Positions 62,533-64,000 of a stretch of DNA of 64,000 bases are shown here, piece after piece; position 1 is the stretch's first letter, and the number at the start of each line of letters is the position of its first letter. Position numbers and translations under genes: made by a program. This DNA is from Chitinivibrionales bacterium (lineage in GTDB: Bacteria; Fibrobacterota; Chitinivibrionia; Chitinivibrionales; FEN-1185), in NCBI GenBank assembly GCA_035516255.1, contig DATJAL010000047.1, positions 25,198 to 89,197 of the forward strand, in the 5' to 3' direction. Under the pieces are notes generated by a model that worked only from the letters and a program-made list of their open reading frames with translations, did no database searches and had not been told where the DNA came from.

Positions 62533-64000
62533 TCACGCGAACATGTTCCTCATCAATTCGTCGAAATCCGGGCCGGCCATTTCGGGAATGAGCTCCCGCA
62601 TATCGTCGTAGATCTTCTTGATGTTGCCGAGCTCCACGTGCGACCGCAGGTCGTGCACGAACTTCTCGATGCGGTCGGGGTCGAAGTTCTCGTTGCGCTG
62701 CAGCCGCACCTTGTCGAAGCGCGTGCGCGCCAGGTTTTCCGATTCGGTCAACAACTCCTCCTCGATCTTCTCCCCCGGCCGCATGCCGGTGAACACGATC
62801 TCAATGTCCTCGCCCACCTTGAGGCCGGAAAGCTCGATGAGGTTTTTCGCCAGGTCGACGATCTTGATCGGCTCGCCCATCTCGAGCATGAAAATGGCCT
62901 TCGCCTCGTTGAGGGTCGACGCCTGCAGCACGAGCTGCACCGCCTCGGGGATCGACATGAAGAAACGCCGCGTTTCGGGGCTGGTCACCGTGACCGGCCC
63001 GCCCTCGCGGATCTGCTTCTGGAACAGCGGGATCACGCTGCCGCTTGAGCCGAGCACGTTGCCGAACCGCACCACGTTGAAGAGCGTCCCCGACTTGTGG
63101 CGCTCGAGCACCACGCGCTCGGCGAGCCGCTTGGACACGCCCATGATGCCGCGCGGGTTCACCGCCTTGTCGGTGGAGATCATCACGAACTGCTTGACGC
63201 CGTGGCGCTCGGAGAGCGAGGCGAGCATGGCCGTGCCGAGCACGTTGTTCTTGAGCGCGGCCAGCGGGTTCCACTCCATGAGGTGCACGTGCTTGTAGGC
63301 CGCGGCGTGGTAGATGTAATCGACCGGATAGCGCCGCATGAGCAGGTCCATGAACCCGGCGTCGAGCATGTTGCCCACCACGGTGTTGACCACGACGTCG
63401 GGATGGCGTTTCTTGAGGTCCTGGTCGAGGTCGTAGGCGTTCTGTTCCGCCGAGTCAAGCAAAATGAGCCGCGAGGGCCGGTAGGCCGCCACCTGGTACG
63501 ACAGCTCCGAGCCGATGGAGCCGCCCGCGCCCGTGATGAGCACGGTCTTGGCCGCGAGCTGCCGCCGCACGTGCGCGTCGTCGAGCGTGATATTGGGCCG
63601 CGACAAAAGGTCGTTGATCGACACGTCGCGGATCTGGTTGAGCTGGAACTTGCCGCTCATGATGTCGAGCATCGACGGCACGATCTTGAATTTCACTTCC
63701 CAGTCGGGCACCTTCGACGCGGCGATGATCTCCTCCACCTGCTTGTTGGTGGCCTCGGGGATGGCGATGAAGATTTCGTGGATGCGGAACTTCTTGATGT
63801 GCTGGCGCACCGAGCCGAGGTCGCCGAGCACCTTGAGGCCCGCGATGCGGCGGCCGACCAGCGCCGGGTCCCGGTCGATGAAGCCGTACAATTCGTATTC
63901 CTTGCGCTTGGCCGACTTGAGCGTCTTGGCGATCTCGTTGCCGGCCGAGCCCGCGCCCACGATGAGCACGTTGCGCACGTTTTCCACCTGGGGCACGAAA
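62533..64000 (-). CDS. Polysaccharide biosynthesis protein CapD/PglF/WbpM-type NDP-sugar 4,6-dehydratase; N-terminus beyond the window
   Basis: VLIVGAGSAGNEI (first Rossmann fold), VLITGAGGSIGSEL (second) and ...YKHVHLMEWNP... The frame is still open at base 64000. Confidence 0.85.
   Translation of the reverse strand, partial: FVPQVENVRNVLIVGAGSAGNEIAKTLKSAKRKEYELYGFIDRDPALVGRRIAGLKVLGDLGSVRQHIKKFRIHEIFIAIPEATNKQVEEIIAASKVPDWEVKFKIVPSMLDIMSGKFQLNQIRDVSINDLLSRPNITLDDAHVRRQLAAKTVLITGAGGSIGSELSYQVAAYRPSRLILLDSAEQNAYDLDQDLKKRHPDVVVNTVVGNMLDAGFMDLLMRRYPVDYIYHAAAYKHVHLMEWNPLAALKNNVLGTAMLASLSERHGVKQFVMISTDKAVNPRGIMGVSKRLAERVVLERHKSGTLFNVVRFGNVLGSSGSVIPLFQKQIREGGPVTVTSPETRRFFMSIPEAVQLVLQASTLNEAKAIFMLEMGEPIKIVDLAKNLIELSGLKVGEDIEIVFTGMRPGEKIEEELLTESENLARTRFDKVRLQRNENFDPDRIEKFVHDLRSHVELGNIKKIYDDMRELIPEMAGPDFDELMRNMFA

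Overview
The window holds about 50 protein genes, one tRNA and unusually repeat-rich spacers from a GC-rich bacterial chromosome. Coding DNA is strongly GC-rich; the spacers and two small islets are AT-rich. The gene content (a T9SS/Por C-terminal sorting-domain protein, DUF2723 and DUF4159 proteins, split secD/secF, a lone pilT) suggests an FCB-superphylum or Fibrobacterota-like uncultured lineage; this is inference only. Genes from left to right: (1) a TPR/transglutaminase-like protein, a PreP-like M16C protease and two convergent GT-C-type membrane glycosyltransferases; (2) ribD-ribE-ribBA-ribH-nusB on the minus strand; (3) a polysaccharide export module (Wza-like, ExeA-like ATPase, Wzz/BY-kinase fusion, SLBB-FecR protein) followed by rmlD and rmlB, which are split by an AT-rich islet; (4) a minus-strand run of acidic TPR repeat protein, pepP-like, pilT and FecR-like genes; (5) an hldE-domain-II gene, a T9SS cargo protein, tRNA-Cys, dus, a UDPGP-like gene and tadA; (6) a response regulator, secD, secF, and a DUF4159 gene plus a giant membrane protein; (7) a B12-radical SAM gene, ispG, a lipoprotein, a rSAM/SPASM gene and an ABC-F gene; (8) zur-znuA-znuC-znuB-pncC, a ydcF-like gene and a capD-like gene. 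The most unusual signal is non-coding. At least six repeat families are confined to spacers. One is a 137-194 nt multi-helix GC-rich element (family A) with four full copies and one fragment; its helices are preserved by compensatory changes, which makes it a candidate novel structured RNA or RNA-like mobile element. At two loci it is paired with a second conserved hairpin module (Y-X) in a divergent cassette. Other points of note: a tRNA-Cys with one extra base in the anticodon loop, a BY-kinase with an added transmembrane segment and NTF2-like tail, a seven-fold motif repeat in the acidic TPR protein next to pilT, and a single-base homopolymer frameshift in an AT-rich islet. No CRISPR array, rRNA, transposase or recognisable defence operon was seen.
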